DNA from: Oopsacas minuta | Taxonomy: Eukaryota; Animalia; Porifera | Direction: 5' to 3' | Assembly (NCBI GenBank): GCA_024704765.1 | Contig: JAKMXF010000288.1 | Location: 124,001 to 188,000 of the forward strand | Length of the DNA stretch: 64,000 nucleotides | Shown: piece by piece, positions 1 through 13,082 of the stretch | How the letters are laid out: each line of letters begins with the position of its first letter | How positions within the stretch are numbered: position 1 is the stretch's first letter | Program-made: the position numbers and the translations under genes | Notes under the pieces: generated by a model | Told to the model about the DNA's origin: nothing | Databases searched by the model: none | What the model saw: the letters and a program-made list of their open reading frames with translations, nothing else

Positions 1-334
1 ATACTAACCACAACAATAAGTATTGTTAGAACTGTCGCGGTTCTATGTATATTATTAAGAACCAAGTCGAGTCGATGGCCGCAATAATATTATTCCGATG
101 GGATTTGTAATAAGTTCAGTTGCCTTATGAACAAGATTTATGTCACATGATAAGTGATTCTGACAGTATTTCGTAAAGTTAGTAAACAAATGAAAGCAGA
201 TTAAAATATTGAAAATATAAACAATAAACAGCTATCAAATTAATAAAACAACAAACGAATAAACCTGATTCAGATAAACAAAGAATAAATCCTTAAAGCA
301 ATAATAATAATAATATCAATAAAAGTATCAGAGA

Positions 335-3300
335 TTAAAACATGCTAACTTGCTCAGAATGGTACATACACAGATAAATATCCTTCGTAATACGGTCTAC
401 GTAATTTGGAATACGAAGGGTTTTGTCGTTACGGTCAGATGCCATCCAGTCCAACATCATCTCAGGAGAAGTAAGCCATTTCTCTAGCTCTGGGAGTTCA
501 GTAACACGGGGTATGTTCCGTCCGAAATTCGTACCGACTCGATCCGCCATACTATCAAACATCACCCAATTCCCTTTACACCGTGCGAAACACACATAAT
601 GACTTTTCTCGATAGCTAATACTGCGAATAATTCCATTTTTGCTGGAGGGAAATTCGCGGCTCCTTTTGGTAGCAGTAATTTCTTAGGTTTATGGTCTCT
701 TCGTCTGTGGTGAACGATTTTAACGCAATTATCGCAATAATATACGAATACGTTAGTGTAGTAGTATAGCTTAATGTCTTCACAATCAGGACAACGATGC
801 ATTGCATCATCCATACAGACAATACATTTAGGTCCGTATGTTGTTGAAGTGAGATTATCTAGTGATAGCTGTAAGCTAGGGAATATGCGAGGATATATTT
901 TGAAATCTTTCCCAAATCTAGGCATTTGTAGCAGCAAAACATGCGGTGCACTAGCCAGAATAATTTTGTGTTCCTTTAATGAATGTTCTAATAAATATTG
1001 GACTGTTGGGAGAGTTACGTTAGCTTGTTTTGTAGAAAATATTTGATAAATATACTCAGCGTTTACTTCATTATTTTCCTGTTTCAGGTTCAAATAAGGC
1101 TCAGCATTTAAAACATGCTGCAGTAAAACTTTAAGAAATTCCTCTGGGTCTTTCTCGTTTCTAAGCAACCCATCTATTATCCCTGCATTACTCAATTCTC
1201 TACGTAACATCATTATTTGATCGGCTCGGACAAATTTAGCTTTTCTAAGGGGAAATACGATTCGTGTTTGTAGTACTTCACGTACATAGTTATACCGTTG
1301 TATACTCACAGTCTCAAAGCCGGGGGGGTGAGTAGTTTGGCCTTTGAGGAAAAGTGGATCGAAAGTACTTGAAAACGCGAACATTCCGAATAATGACGCA
1401 TCCATATAACAAGAATTCAAATGTCCTTGTATTCCTTTCTTTTCACCTACTATCTCTTTCACTGTATTAAGAGGGGGATATGACTCGTTATAAGGGGTAA
1501 TTGTTATATGTGAGTTTTCAAATAAATTCGGTAATCCTTCTATAGTAGATTCATCTGATATGTTCACTTCCACTTGAGGTTTGGAAGAATTCGGGATTCT
1601 ACACTTGCTTATGTGTACAAGTGCTCCGTGCTCAGGACGACACTTAAATAGGCGTTTATCGTAGAGTACACCGTCTGGTGTCTTCCAGTCAGCTGGGTGG
1701 CCAGGCGGCACATTATCCAGTTCAATTCCAACATGAAGTTCATTTTCAAACTCAATAGTACATCTGTATAAGCCATGCAAATAGCCATAGTCAGTAACTA
1801 CCTGTGGAAAGAGAAGTAGAGTGGAACATGCTTATAATTGAATCATTTGAACGTCACAGTATATTCGCTATAACCATGTTCTGTATGCATTAATTAATGA
1901 ATTATCCTACAGTCAACTCCTGATATATCGAAGCTCAAGCAACAGCAATATTTACTTCAATATAAGCGGATATCTCCATATATTCGTGCTTGATATAACT
2001 GGAGTTGACTTATGTAACCAGTTGCAACTAGCAGGCCTAGGCGATACGGGACATATGCCCCGGCTAGACCTTGGGTATGCCAGATCCTGAGACTGTTCCT
2101 GTATGTAATAGTAGATTAAATAGAATGGGAGCTATATAATTCTAATGTAGTACACTACTCACCGTGATATGATCATCATATTGTAAACTCGTAATCATAT
2201 CGTCTTGTCTCTCATCTGAAAAATCTTCAGCATTGTAGCAATTTGGATCTTTGCTCTGAGCTAGAAACAAGATAAATAGATAAAAAGAAATCTGAACGTC
2301 TATTTCTGAGTTTAATGAGAATCTTGTTTCAGCTTCAAATGATGTGCATCTAAGCACGCAGGCAGCATTTCATAATCATTATCTCATTATTTTACTGAAG
2401 TTATCATAATACAAAGTAGCCAAATCATGGAAATATTTCAATGATTCTACTTCTAAAAAATTTGTTAATTAAGCGTGTTAAAAGAGGTCTGTGAAGATAA
2501 AATCACTACTATCCACCCGTTAGTTAGTAAATATATATTGTGTAGTTGAATTTCACTGATAAAAGGTGAAATAATTACAATATTCATGTGGTAGGTAAAC
2601 TTGATGCGGGCGGTGGAGCTGAAAAATAGTTTCCAACTAACAATAGCCTATACTATAATGTAAATTACGCTTACAAGAATGAGGCGAATTTGAATCTGTC
2701 CTGGGTAGAAACCGATTGAACGTAGAACTCACAGTTTTAGAAAAACTATTTCTATGTGAAGAACTATTGCCTTTACTTTTATGCGCATACTCATCTCCAC
2801 TAGATGATACACGGGGAATTAACCTATGCGTTTTGACAACTAACGAGAACCCCTTCAATTCTTGGTGTCTCTTCTCATCAGGGAATGTGGAAATTTCATA
2901 AATACTCCTGATTCTAGAAATAAATGAAGAAGTTGTCTCTTTATCTACACATATTTCAGCTACCTCCATATCGTTATGTATCCCTGTATAGCCTACTATA
3001 CCGTTAATGAGTCCATTTGGTGCTTCTTCTACGGGTAACGTCACTAGATCACCTGTTTTGTACTGAGTTGGATAGTAAGCATTAGGGTTGGTAGGCAGTT
3101 GAGCTTCGTGTCGTGTGGATGGCGGATGGTTTGGGGATAAAGCAGGCGGAGCATTTGTGGTATCCAAGGGCATGGGGGCGTCGAGATCGGGAGCACATTG
3201 GTCAGCACTCACAAAAAGAGAATGGGTGAGATTAGTTTTTCTTAAAACTTTTAAATCTACTTCAGAATCACGAATTATGAAAGTTACAGGATCATCTGTA

Positions 3301-3422
3301 TGCAATTCATAAAACATTGTCGATTCGTTCATTTTTAAAGAAAATGATTGTATTACTTCTCCTTTGACAGTAATTGTCTTCTTTTTATCTTCAAAGTAGG
3401 CATAGACCCTCCTTGTTGACAT
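335..3422 (-). CDS. CYLD: Ubiquitin carboxyl-terminal hydrolase CYLD (CAP-Gly + USP with B-box insertion); inferred exons 3422-2675, 2260-2163, 1801-335
   Basis: CAP-Gly (HVGIELD...DGVLYDKRLFKCRPEHGALV), USP Cys box GIQGHLNSCYMDASLF, His/Asp boxes SHYVCF and FDSMAD, and a B-box CIVC..CPDC..CDNC..H. The GT-AG junctions are phase-compatible (T|gtaagc to ag|CT; ACG|gtgagt to ag|GTA). Confidence 0.92.
2464..2650. repeat. Dispersed ~185-bp repeat; inverted copy at 42436-42609
   Basis: High visual identity (GTGTTAAAAGA.GTC.GTGAAGATAAA..CACCCGTTAGTTAG..TTGATGCGGGCGGTGGAGCTGAAA) between CYLD intron 1 and tankyrase intron 1. Confidence 0.8.
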
Positions 3423-3785
3423 GTGTGTTCTAATATATAATGAGAAGGACATTTAGAAATAATTAACAAATGGGGGACTTTGGAAAGTTTGCAGAGACGC
3501 AAACTAACTTTCACGGGCTATCCAAGGTTCTCATGGTTGGGATCTATGATGATTTTTACCAAATTTGAAAATTTTGATGATTTCCAAAAAAATTTCCCAT
3601 TCATTATATTACAATTCCTATTCGGATAAGACGTACACTCGGTTAGTGCCTATTAATTTTGTTTCCTGAAGGGGTACCTTTTATCCTAGATCTATTGTAG
3701 TATATTCTACCCGCCAGCTGTAGTGCTGGATCATATAAACGAACTGTTATAATAAATTTCTAATATCTTCAACAATCAAATAGAT

Positions 3786-4958
3786 TCAAATTCTCCCAGA
3801 TTTCTTTCTTGTCCCTTTCTTAGCGACCTGGTTTGGATTCTTACTAGTTCTTTTAGAACCCATTTTGAATCCAATATTAGCTCCCTTACTGTGGACATCT
3901 TTGTATTTGAATGGTGACTCTCTAGCTATATAGTCCGCATCCATTGGATTAACCTTTTCAACTTTCCGCGTATATCGCGGTTTATTCCGCGGATTCGTAC
4001 TCACGTTACCATGTCGTCCGCCCGTAGGCTTAGGTGTTGAAAACCGCAATCCGCGTTTACTGAACTGTTTAACAGATAAAGGTTGATATGTAATCATACC
4101 ATTATTCGTAACAGCATGCACACGAATCAGCATATCATATCCACAACCAATACACTTGCTTATCGCCATATTAAAAGTAGTATACGAACAAACTCTACAT
4201 AGCAATGCATACCTCCTAACTTGCGTGATTAATAAACCATCAATTGACAGTACATGCAATCCCATTTGTAATAATACATTCTGTATTGCGTAATCTGACG
4301 TCACACATGCTACTTGAACATCTTGTGGTGTTTCTTGTATTGTACCACCTAGTAATGTTGTGACGTCATATAAATTTCCTGGTGTTATCCACCCCTGTTC
4401 ATCATCATCACTACTCTCATTATCACTGACATTTGTCCTAGAATGTTCCATTGATTCTTCCATTCGTAAACTATCAGAATTTTCCATTTCTTCTCCAATA
4501 TTTTCAGGTAAATTTCCATCGATTTTACCTTCAGAATTTCCGTTAAAAAAGCCTATTTGGTGTGCAGGCAAGTCTTTGATGATTTTTGTAAAAGAAATAG
4601 GTTCCGGTTCAAGGATGCGTTTAGGGGTAGAGTTCAAATTTGTCCCCTTAGTGACACCATGGGTACACTCAAATTCATAGGTAGCTGCTATCAACTCAAT
4701 ATCAGTGTGGGAGAGAACTGGGAAATCACCAGTTTTTTTCGCGAATTCTACCACATGTTGTATGGATTTTTCGTGTGGATTACTAACTTGTAGTTTGTAT
4801 GGCAGAAGAGATGTTATTGCTATACGACTGTCCTTGTTTCTAATCTCTTCCAAAACTCCTGTAACTGTATTTATGCTATCTGACCAGTTATGGAGCTGAG
4901 ATAGCTTTATGAATGCTGATGCATCTACTAGAATATGCTGGATAGGTTTTACTGACAT
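3786..4958 (-). CDS. NOB1: 20S/18S pre-rRNA endonuclease NOB1, intronless
   Basis: N-terminal PIN motif ILVDASAFI, TGDFPVLSHTDIELIAATYE, acidic linker ending GWITPGN, VACVTSDYAIQNVLLQMGL, Zn ribbon CRVC...CIGCG, and RGLRFSTPKPTGG. Confidence 0.96.
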   Translation of the reverse strand: MSVKPIQHILVDASAFIKLSQLHNWSDSINTVTGVLEEIRNKDSRIAITSLLPYKLQVSNPHEKSIQHVVEFAKKTGDFPVLSHTDIELIAATYEFECTHGVTKGTNLNSTPKRILEPEPISFTKIIKDLPAHQIGFFNGNSEGKIDGNLPENIGEEMENSDSLRMEESMEHSRTNVSDNESSDDDEQGWITPGNLYDVTTLLGGTIQETPQDVQVACVTSDYAIQNVLLQMGLHVLSIDGLLITQVRRYALLCRVCSYTTFNMAISKCIGCGYDMLIRVHAVTNNGMITYQPLSVKQFSKRGLRFSTPKPTGGRHGNVSTNPRNKPRYTRKVEKVNPMDADYIARESPFKYKDVHSKGANIGFKMGSKRTSKNPNQVAKKGTRKKSGRI

Positions 4959-5109
4959 AATCTTGCTAATATTGGAAAGTATTGTGTATTATAATGTTAA
5001 AAGGTCCATAAGTAGAGGTTTTGAGTTGAAATACGATTAAAGTTAAGTGTGCTAACACTTAGGCTTTTAACTGCAGAAAATGCCGATTTAGATCTAGAAA
5101 ACTAAAATA

Positions 5110-5387
5110 CAGTCAACTCCTGTTATATCAAAGCTCAAAGGGCCGCGATAATTACTTCGATATATGCGGAGTTCGATCGGTATCTTTATATTGCTCTCTG
5201 CTATAAAATGATGCATGTTTCTTGTGGCTCTTGTTCAATCGAACACGGATATATCGAAAACCCGCTTATATCGAAGTCTTAATCTGTACAAATATTGTCC
5301 CACACCGTTACAGCAACATATTTTTCATCAGTTATATCAAAGTAATTATCGCAGTTCCTTAAGCTTTGATATAACGGGAGATAACTG
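5110..5387. mobile_element. Tc1/mariner/pogo-type MITE family A (TIR CAGTCAACTCC..), full-size copy
   Basis: TA|CAGTCAACTCC...GGGAGATAACTG|TA. Related copies at ~1910-2011, 9950-10075, 19200-19530, 29286-29434, 30558-30605, 31985-32090, 35403-35586, 36015-36158, 57553-57672, 58558-58710 and 60860-60994. Confidence 0.85.
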
Positions 5388-5611
5388 TATAAGAACAAAG
5401 CAAGCTTTTTGGCAATGGAAAATCCAAATTATAATTTGTATTAGTTCGTTGAAAGAACCCAAACAAAAGATATTGCTTTAAAATGTTGCGAAATAGAATA
5501 TAAGTAAATAAGACTTTAATCAACAACAACAACAACACCAACACATATGTAAATAATAATAAATGGCTAATAATCCCAAAATAATACAGCGCCATCTTTT
5601 CATATATATTT

Positions 5612-8600
5612 TCATAGCAAATCACTATACTTAATAAGTGTTGATATTCTTCTCAGTTCTTGAGCTTTCCTTACATTTTTATTACGAGTAGCTTCATTTA
5701 CTACTTCTACTGCATGATTTGATGGGAACCAGCCCTGCTTATCGTCTCGCATTCTCTGACCCTCAAACCAACCTATAGGAGGATATTATGAGTTTATGAT
5801 ATTCATTGCAGACTTATTAAAATACTCTTTCAATAATCTGACGATTGATAAAATTTGTATTCCTTTGAAAGTGGATAGCCCTCTCAATACGAATTCATTC
5901 GATAATGCCACAAAATTGTTCACACTTGACCTTGAGGACTCGAATTAACGGATGTTGACTGTACCTGGTAACTGTCCCACTTTTCGGGCACATATTGAGT
6001 GTCTTGTCATTCCCAAACATTCTAAAATCGGAATAGTGTTTGTTGCTATAATCTCTTTGATATCTAATTCCCCCAATAATTCCTTATGATAAGTCCCTTA
6101 TGGCTTAGTGCAGCGAGATGCGATCTCTCAAATGATATGAAAACTATGAGAGTAAATACGCTCAGATTTGCATTGGCTGCTTCATATACATATAATCACG
6201 AACTAATGTGTAATATAGAAATTCATTAATTAAAAAGTGAATAGTTAACTACCGTCAGGCATCTTTCTACGGATAGACACCACATCCCCTATATCTAGCG
6301 ATAACTCATCAGGTAACTGAGCTGTGTAGTTACTGATAGCTTGGAATTGAGGATACTCTATAAGGAGAGAGAATTGTGTAAAAACAAATATCCATATATT
6401 CATACATCTGTTTATAAATAATTACCAAATTCGTGATACAGTTGTTCTCCGGGAATACAGGGAACGAGAGGAGGAGATATTGCTTGAGCCCAGCGAGTAG
6501 CTTCAGTTCTGTAAATAATTAATATATTCAATATTTGTGTAATTAAGTAAAGTGTAATCATTAATTCGAAAAGTGAACGACTCTGACTATAATATCAATT
6601 TGTTTTGACAAGACAGCTCGACAGGCTCTTGAATTCTCATTCACCAGACCTCATGATTTAATAATAGCATCCCAAAACTAGACCAGTTTAAGAATTAATT
6701 AATTATAGCACTTACGAATCATTAGGTACCAGCAAATAACAAGCATCTCTCTCTCTATTATTCTCCAACATGTGCAGAGCAAAAGCATTAGGAATAAGTT
6801 TGCGAGATACTACCCATCTTGACATCATGTAGAAGTTGTTTCTATTACGAGAAGGGAATGGCTGTTTGTTAATAATCCCTATGGGATTGTATGTCAGGAG
6901 CTGTCTCTTGCAGTAGTCTATTACTTGGTAAGTCATTGCATCACTCTTCATGCTAAAAATGAAAATAGGAAAATGGTTTTAAGAAATAATTCATCAAATA
7001 ATAACGAGTTTACTTGGACTTATCGTGGCATAATTATCTTTCACAGATACAAAATGGTGATTGTCTCATGGCTGATAATAATGCCTCAGTAATTATTCAT
7101 AATAATACGGGAAAATAGATCAATATCGGAGTTTGAGATTTGTGTTAATATATTCTTCAGATTACAATGGAACCTCCAGACACTTTAGGGCAGAAGTTCC
7201 GAACCATTTTCACCATTGGACCCCTATGCCAATTTAAAATATCCTGTGGAACACCCTCCCATAAGCTGCAATATAATTATTGAGATCCTTTGGACGCGGC
7301 CCTGCTGTCGCTTGTGGACCACTCAGGACTCAGGGGGTCGATAGACCCTTGGTTGAGATCCGTTCCTTTGTAGAGAAGTTATCCATTTGACCATTTCTCT
7401 GAGTGTCATTCTTAGGAGATCCCATGGTATACAAATTTAATACAAAACTTTCGGAAAGATCAAAAGTTGGTGGGAAATGGGAAATTACCATTTCTTCGGT
7501 AAATATGTGAGTATTGCAATATCTGTCAGTAAAATCAAGTGAATTCTCTCGAATTTGATCTCAGGTCTCATTAACTTCCTCATTCTCCATTGTACACGGT
7601 ATATCTCTCCTCTTCTTACTAGATGTCGCTTTGGATCCACAATTGGTAGCGTCTATAGAAAATAACACTATGAAAAAGTAGAGATCGAAAAAGTTCTAGA
7701 AGTAATCAGATTGTATATCTTGGTTTTGTTTTGACAGAATATTCTCTATGAGGAGAATATAATGCCAGTTCTGCAAGTATAAATCTAACCTTCATAGTAG
7801 GTGGATACATTAATGACCTTGATATAGCATGTAAACCTTCTAATGAACTGAGTCTCTGTGCCTCTATATCACATCTGTATGCAATCTAAACACAGAGAAC
7901 AGGAAATATCATAATTATTAAATTGTAAGAACAGATCATGGCATCTATACCAGACATAGTACTAACCTCTCGCAGCTTTAATAATGCAGTTTTAACAGAG
8001 AGGTAATCTTCATGTTTCTCTGGTGTGTATTCCAGAATGTTCTATTTGAATAGACAAAGTTAATCACAGTAAAATACGTAATTATCAATAGTCATTATGG
8101 ACCGTGTTTGAGGAAGGGCATTTCAACTGAGTTCCGATTAACCGAAAGTAGTACACCATTTCATACCGATAATAGTAGAGGTAGTCTAGTAATTCTCTGT
8201 ACAGGTAGCATTAAGAAAGATGTTAGATCCAGGTTATGACACTCTTTATCTCTCTCTAGATGAGTTACTATCTCTACAAACTTAGGATTATGAGACCTAG
8301 ATGGTTAAAATATTTAACACATAACTAAGATACAAGTTGTGTTCGTCATTGACAGTGATTCCTAACCATTTTACCCGCTGACCCTCCCCACAGAATGCTT
8401 CCATAGTCTGTAATACAAACTTTGAGGTCCTGTCGACACTCTACTGTCATTCGTGGACCACCAAATTCCAAGGAAGTACAATATAACTTACAATAAATGT
8501 TTGTATTTGAGGCTCTGATAATACTGGTTCTTGCAATAAGGAATGAAACAATCAAATGAAGCCAGCTAAAATAGCAAAAGTTTGTATCAAAACACAAATA

Positions 8601-11600
8601 ACAAAGTAAACAGCAAAAATGTTTAAATAACTCACGTTGTTCAATAATATATCTGTTACAGATTCAATAATTAAAGAATTCTCTACTCTATTCCTTAACT
8701 GTGTTGCAACACTAATAGATAAATACAAATAAGAAAAATTCTGCCAAAATATAATTACAGGTATCAGCGCGCGAAGCTATGAAATTTGGTAGCAGACAGT
8801 GAATTAACAACGTTCTGAGGTAATTGAATACACAGTTTTCTGCCCCGGGATGTATGCAATACGATTATTAAACTCACAGTTTGCTAGCTTCTAACATAGC
8901 ACAGGCATTAGAGAATAAGTGTGTTTGGTCTGTCTGAGAAATTACACGGAATTCTTCTGGGAGATTAGGATTGAGACGGGAATCATTGCGGAATTTAGCA
9001 AGAATAGATAGACTCAGTTTGTAAGAAACTTCTGTAGTATATACTTCATACATTGCCTAAAATGGTGTATCAAATTATGTATCAGAAAGTACTGTAGCAT
9101 GTCGTTAAATATGTAAACCATCCGTCAACATGTGTTTTCCTGACAAGGGACGGTCCCAGGACCTGTATACCTGGGGCTGAGCCGAGCACAAAATCTTAAC
9201 ATGACGTAGATGGCTCATTAAATAGAACAGTTGATAAGTAACTCACTTCTTGACGCTTTATCTCTCTCAAAGAGAGATTCTTAACCAATCCAGCTGTTTT
9301 TACCTAAGAGAGGAACATAACAGAGTCAAATTGAGTAATTGTCTCTTAAAAAAGTGAAATAAATTCAGGGTCACTGACTACACGAAGATCTTCACAATAA
9401 ATACCCTGACTACGTCACTTTCAATTAACATTAAAGAAATATATACGTATTCTCTTACCTTTTCTTGGTGAGACCATAAAGGTACTTTGACTCTACGTAG
9501 AGTTGTATAAGACATCTTCTTAGGACTCTCATGATTCTCTTTTACCTGATGGAATGTGAGAACTAATTTGAACTTCTTTCCTTTGGAATCCTCGTAGTTT
9601 GAAGCTGTTATGTTAGCACTTGAACACATTTGGAGAGGTGGGACTATATTGTGTAATATATTTACAAACTTAGACAAACAAATAAACATATAAACAAACA
9701 ACTAATACCACCTGTTAACTCTGACTCCTGTGAAGTTACATTTGAAATCTCAAGCTTTATATTTTTCTATAAATAGAAGTGATAAAATATGAATCTATAA
9801 TATTTGTTTGAATCAGCTATTCTGTATGAATAAGTAGATATGTAATTATAACAAAGAAGTAGAGATTTGCATTGGACATAATTCTCAATTAAATCCGCCT
9901 TCTATTTGATAGACCAGTCGATTAGTTAAAATATACGGAGGATTGCAATACATTCAACTCCAGTTGTATCGAAGCTCAAGAAACCGCGATAATTATTCCG
10001 ATAAAACAGATGATATTTATGTTACTTTAGCGACAATTTCGGACTTCGATATCAGCGGATATTTCGATTTATCAGTGTTCCATTTGACGGGAGTTAATTA
10101 TCATTTTCAAACATTACCTTATGAGCCATATCATTCAGCATCTGTATAACCTGTTCAGGATCTTCAAGAGAATCTTGCATACTGCTTGGTAGATATCCAA
10201 TAGTAGTTAGAGGTGGTTGATGACCTGAATATTATTAATAATATATTTTAGCTTATATAAGACATTTCCCACAATGTATGAGTTGGTTAATGTAATTAAC
10301 AGAAGGTGATTTCTTATGTGATTTATAATTTGAATTATTATTAGGATAATTGTGGAGAAGCTGTTTAAAATAATTGATACCAGATTGATGGCTTAAAGAT
10401 GGAAACAATGGAATTATCATGCAATGCATTATGTGTATTTGTGATAACAATGGGGAGATGGTAGCTAGGGTGATTTAGCGTATTTTCTAGAATTGTAGCC
10501 CGAGCGGTTATTAGTATTTGGACATCCATATACCTGGCCAAACGGACCTTCTCCTACGGCCATGTATTTGAAGCAAAACACAGTAGAACGTCATTAGTCG
10601 GTGAGGAATATTCAAAATTAATACATTTGTTAGAAAACAGCAAAAAAACATCGGAATATGCAATATGACAATTACCTTCAAGAGATAATAATAATATTCT
10701 CAAAAAGTGATTGTTGAAAAAATTTGTGATGCCTTTTGTGAGTCACTATTTTTGTATAACTCCACTGTTCGGTCCCGTAACGAACGTATTAAATAAACTA
10801 CCTGGCATTGGGATGAAGTTATCCATGTGATTATTTTCAAAATCAAAAGATCTAGTTCTATTGTGGACAAAGTTTGCATCTTTCCGATGAATCTTCTTAT
10901 TCAAATCATAATTCTCATCTCGTAACCGACTGACAACTGACATGTCATCATCAGCAATATGATTAGAACTCATACTGGAATGTATTTTATTCGATATTTC
11001 AACACTTTTTGTTCGTGTAAGTTTATTTTTGGGTTCTTTATTAACGTGTAGCATATCATCTTTATTATAACTGAGTGAATCAAATTCTTCTTGTGGCATT
11101 ATGCATGTGTCTTCGTGACGTGAAGGGGGCATGGGAGGGTACACACCAGCCTCTGCCTTACTCCATGTGTCGGTAACCACCTGGCTAGAGGTCAAAGGTG
11201 ACAAGGGTGCGGATATTAGTTGCACCGCGGTATTTGGGGGTGAGGGTGGGACTCTTCGCTGTGGGGAAATTTTCATCAAATCATTCGTGCTGAAACTCTG
11301 CGACATTCTACGGTTAGCAATCAATAAAGGCGGTTTCATATGCAAATATTTCGCAGGTTTTGGAGGGAGAGGCGGGGATACCATGTACTCGATTCCAGCC
11401 GTTGATGAGCTACGTTTCCTGTATTTACTGTTCGGTGTTTTGAGTTTAACAGGCACAGCGTATGTAGAAGGACATATTGGAGGTTTTTCTATTGATGGAG
11501 CCGGCATTAAATCGTGTATAACTACACTAGGAGGTCTGTCAGGGATTTTAATGGGAAATTTTTTGTTATCCTCATCAGAGGAGGTTCGTGATATCTCTGA

Positions 11601-12350
11601 ATAGTCTGTGCATTTGAAATCTACCTTGGGTGTTATCTGTGGAGATCTGGGAGTATGCATGTTATGGTCTGAATCTGTAGAAGAGTGAGGTGATTGTTTT
11701 GGGAGAGATGGTAGCGTTGTTAGTTGTGAATCTGAGAATAGTATGTTAGAAATACAGTAGAATTCAATTAATAGGGTCACTTTAGGATCAGGCCAATATG
11801 ACCCATGTAATTTAACACTAGTGAAACCCCACAAACCGGGAAACGGGGTAGCAATTTTCGGCGTACCTGGCAACACCCCTTGTGGAGGTTCCACTGTATT
11901 AGCATGGTTCTGTTTTAGCCATGTGCATAGGATACCTATTGCCAGAATCTACGAGAATATTTTCAAAATAACTGAATGAACAGAAGGGAAGAATATACGG
12001 CGGACTCCATGTAATTTGGAAACTTTGTTAATTGTAAATATGAAGTAAAACATCATATAACTTGCAAAAAAATATTTGTCAATTTTACCCCGTATAACTA
12101 TATACACCTTACCAGATATTTCTGTAAGAACAGCCGTGCTAGTGTCTGTAGTAATTATATCTTCAGAACTAGAGTCTGAGCTATCAGGAGCTGGCGTAGT
12201 AGTCTCTTGTGTACTGATATCACCACCACACAAGTAATTATCTCTTTTAAATATTCTTTTCGTTCTAACAGGTCGGCAATGAGGTGGACGTGAGTGTCTT
12301 GGTGTTGTGTTCAAGATTGGTTTACAAAATGATCTACAATAGGAACTCAA
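5612..12350 (-). CDS. Ephexin-family RhoGEF (ARHGEF16/19/26/NGEF-like) with a long Pro/Ser-rich N-terminus and DH-PH-SH3; multi-exon, 5' end not resolved
   Basis: Spliced DH start LSLREIKRQE|AMYEVYTTEVSYKLSLSIL (~9260/9050). The SH3 is split over exons ~6355-6253 (YPQFQAISNYTAQLPDELSLDIGDVVSIRRKMPD) and ~5773-5612 (GWFEGQRMRDDKQGWFPSNHAVEV...stop). A large Pro-rich exon spans 11731-10802. Confidence 0.85.
7191..7365. mobile_element. hAT/Charlie-like MITE family (TIR CAGCGGTTCTCAACC); homologous copies at ~43465-43586 and ~60078-60210
   Basis: Shared internal sequence CACC..TGGA.CC.CTATGCCAATTTAA..CTGTGGA.C and TIR remnants (CAGCGGTTCTCAACC at 60078, GGGAACCGCTG at 43586, GGTTGAGATCCGTTC at 7365). 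Confidence 0.65.
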
Positions 12351-13082
12351 TAACTAGGACACAGACAGTTGGGTTTAATTATTCGCAGAGCTGTATCAAC
12401 CCATTTTCCTGAATGAGTTGACAACGCAATCGGGCCTGGAGGTATGAAAAGTAGGTTATCTGTTCGAAGAATTGGGAATCATCTAGTGAAATGATATAAC
12501 TATGTCTTTTGCTTCCGTCTTAACTGCAATGCATCAGTTATAATTTTTAAACTCACTATTTCGAGTTTAACTCTTGGTTATAAAAATGAGTTGATTAAGT
12601 TGATGAAAGAATAGTGAAAGACTTGGCAGACAAAAATGCCTTTTCGCCAACTCAAAATGAGTTGATACAGCCTTGTGACACGGACTTGAATAAAAGAACA
12701 AAGTATTATTTGAATCCGAACCTACTGTACTTAAATCACAATCAAATTCCTTTATATCGAACACGGAAATACCGAAATACCCGATTATTTGGAATAATAA
12801 ATAGTACAAATATGGTCTCAAACCGTCAGAGTAACAATAATTATATCGGTTATGACAAAATTAGCTTATATCGAAAATTATCGTGGTCCTTGAGCTTCGA
12901 TCTACCGGGAGTTTACAGTACTAAATACAGTAATTCTTCGAATAAGCACCGGGGAGTAGCAATGGTTTCTAGACTTGAATAACAAGGAAATACAGCCTGT
13001 ATTTTGTTGGCTAGAACCCCTTATTGATTGTATAATTACTTCATATATACTATTTGCAGGTGATTCAGTGCATACTCCATAT

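Noticed and set aside
5359-5625. 88-aa hydrophobic ORF after the ephexin SH3 exon
   Set aside because: It is in a different frame from the ephexin terminal exon (stop at 5612) and runs through 3'UTR, a CAA repeat and a MITE.
5960-6110. Possible hAT transposase C-terminal relic (HKELLGELDIKEII) in an ephexin intron
   Set aside because: It is too short and too weakly similar to support without a search.
11732-11894. 5' part of the 382-aa ORF (MEPPQGVLPG...)
   Set aside because: It reads through a family B MITE and intron; the true exon begins at the acceptor at 11731.
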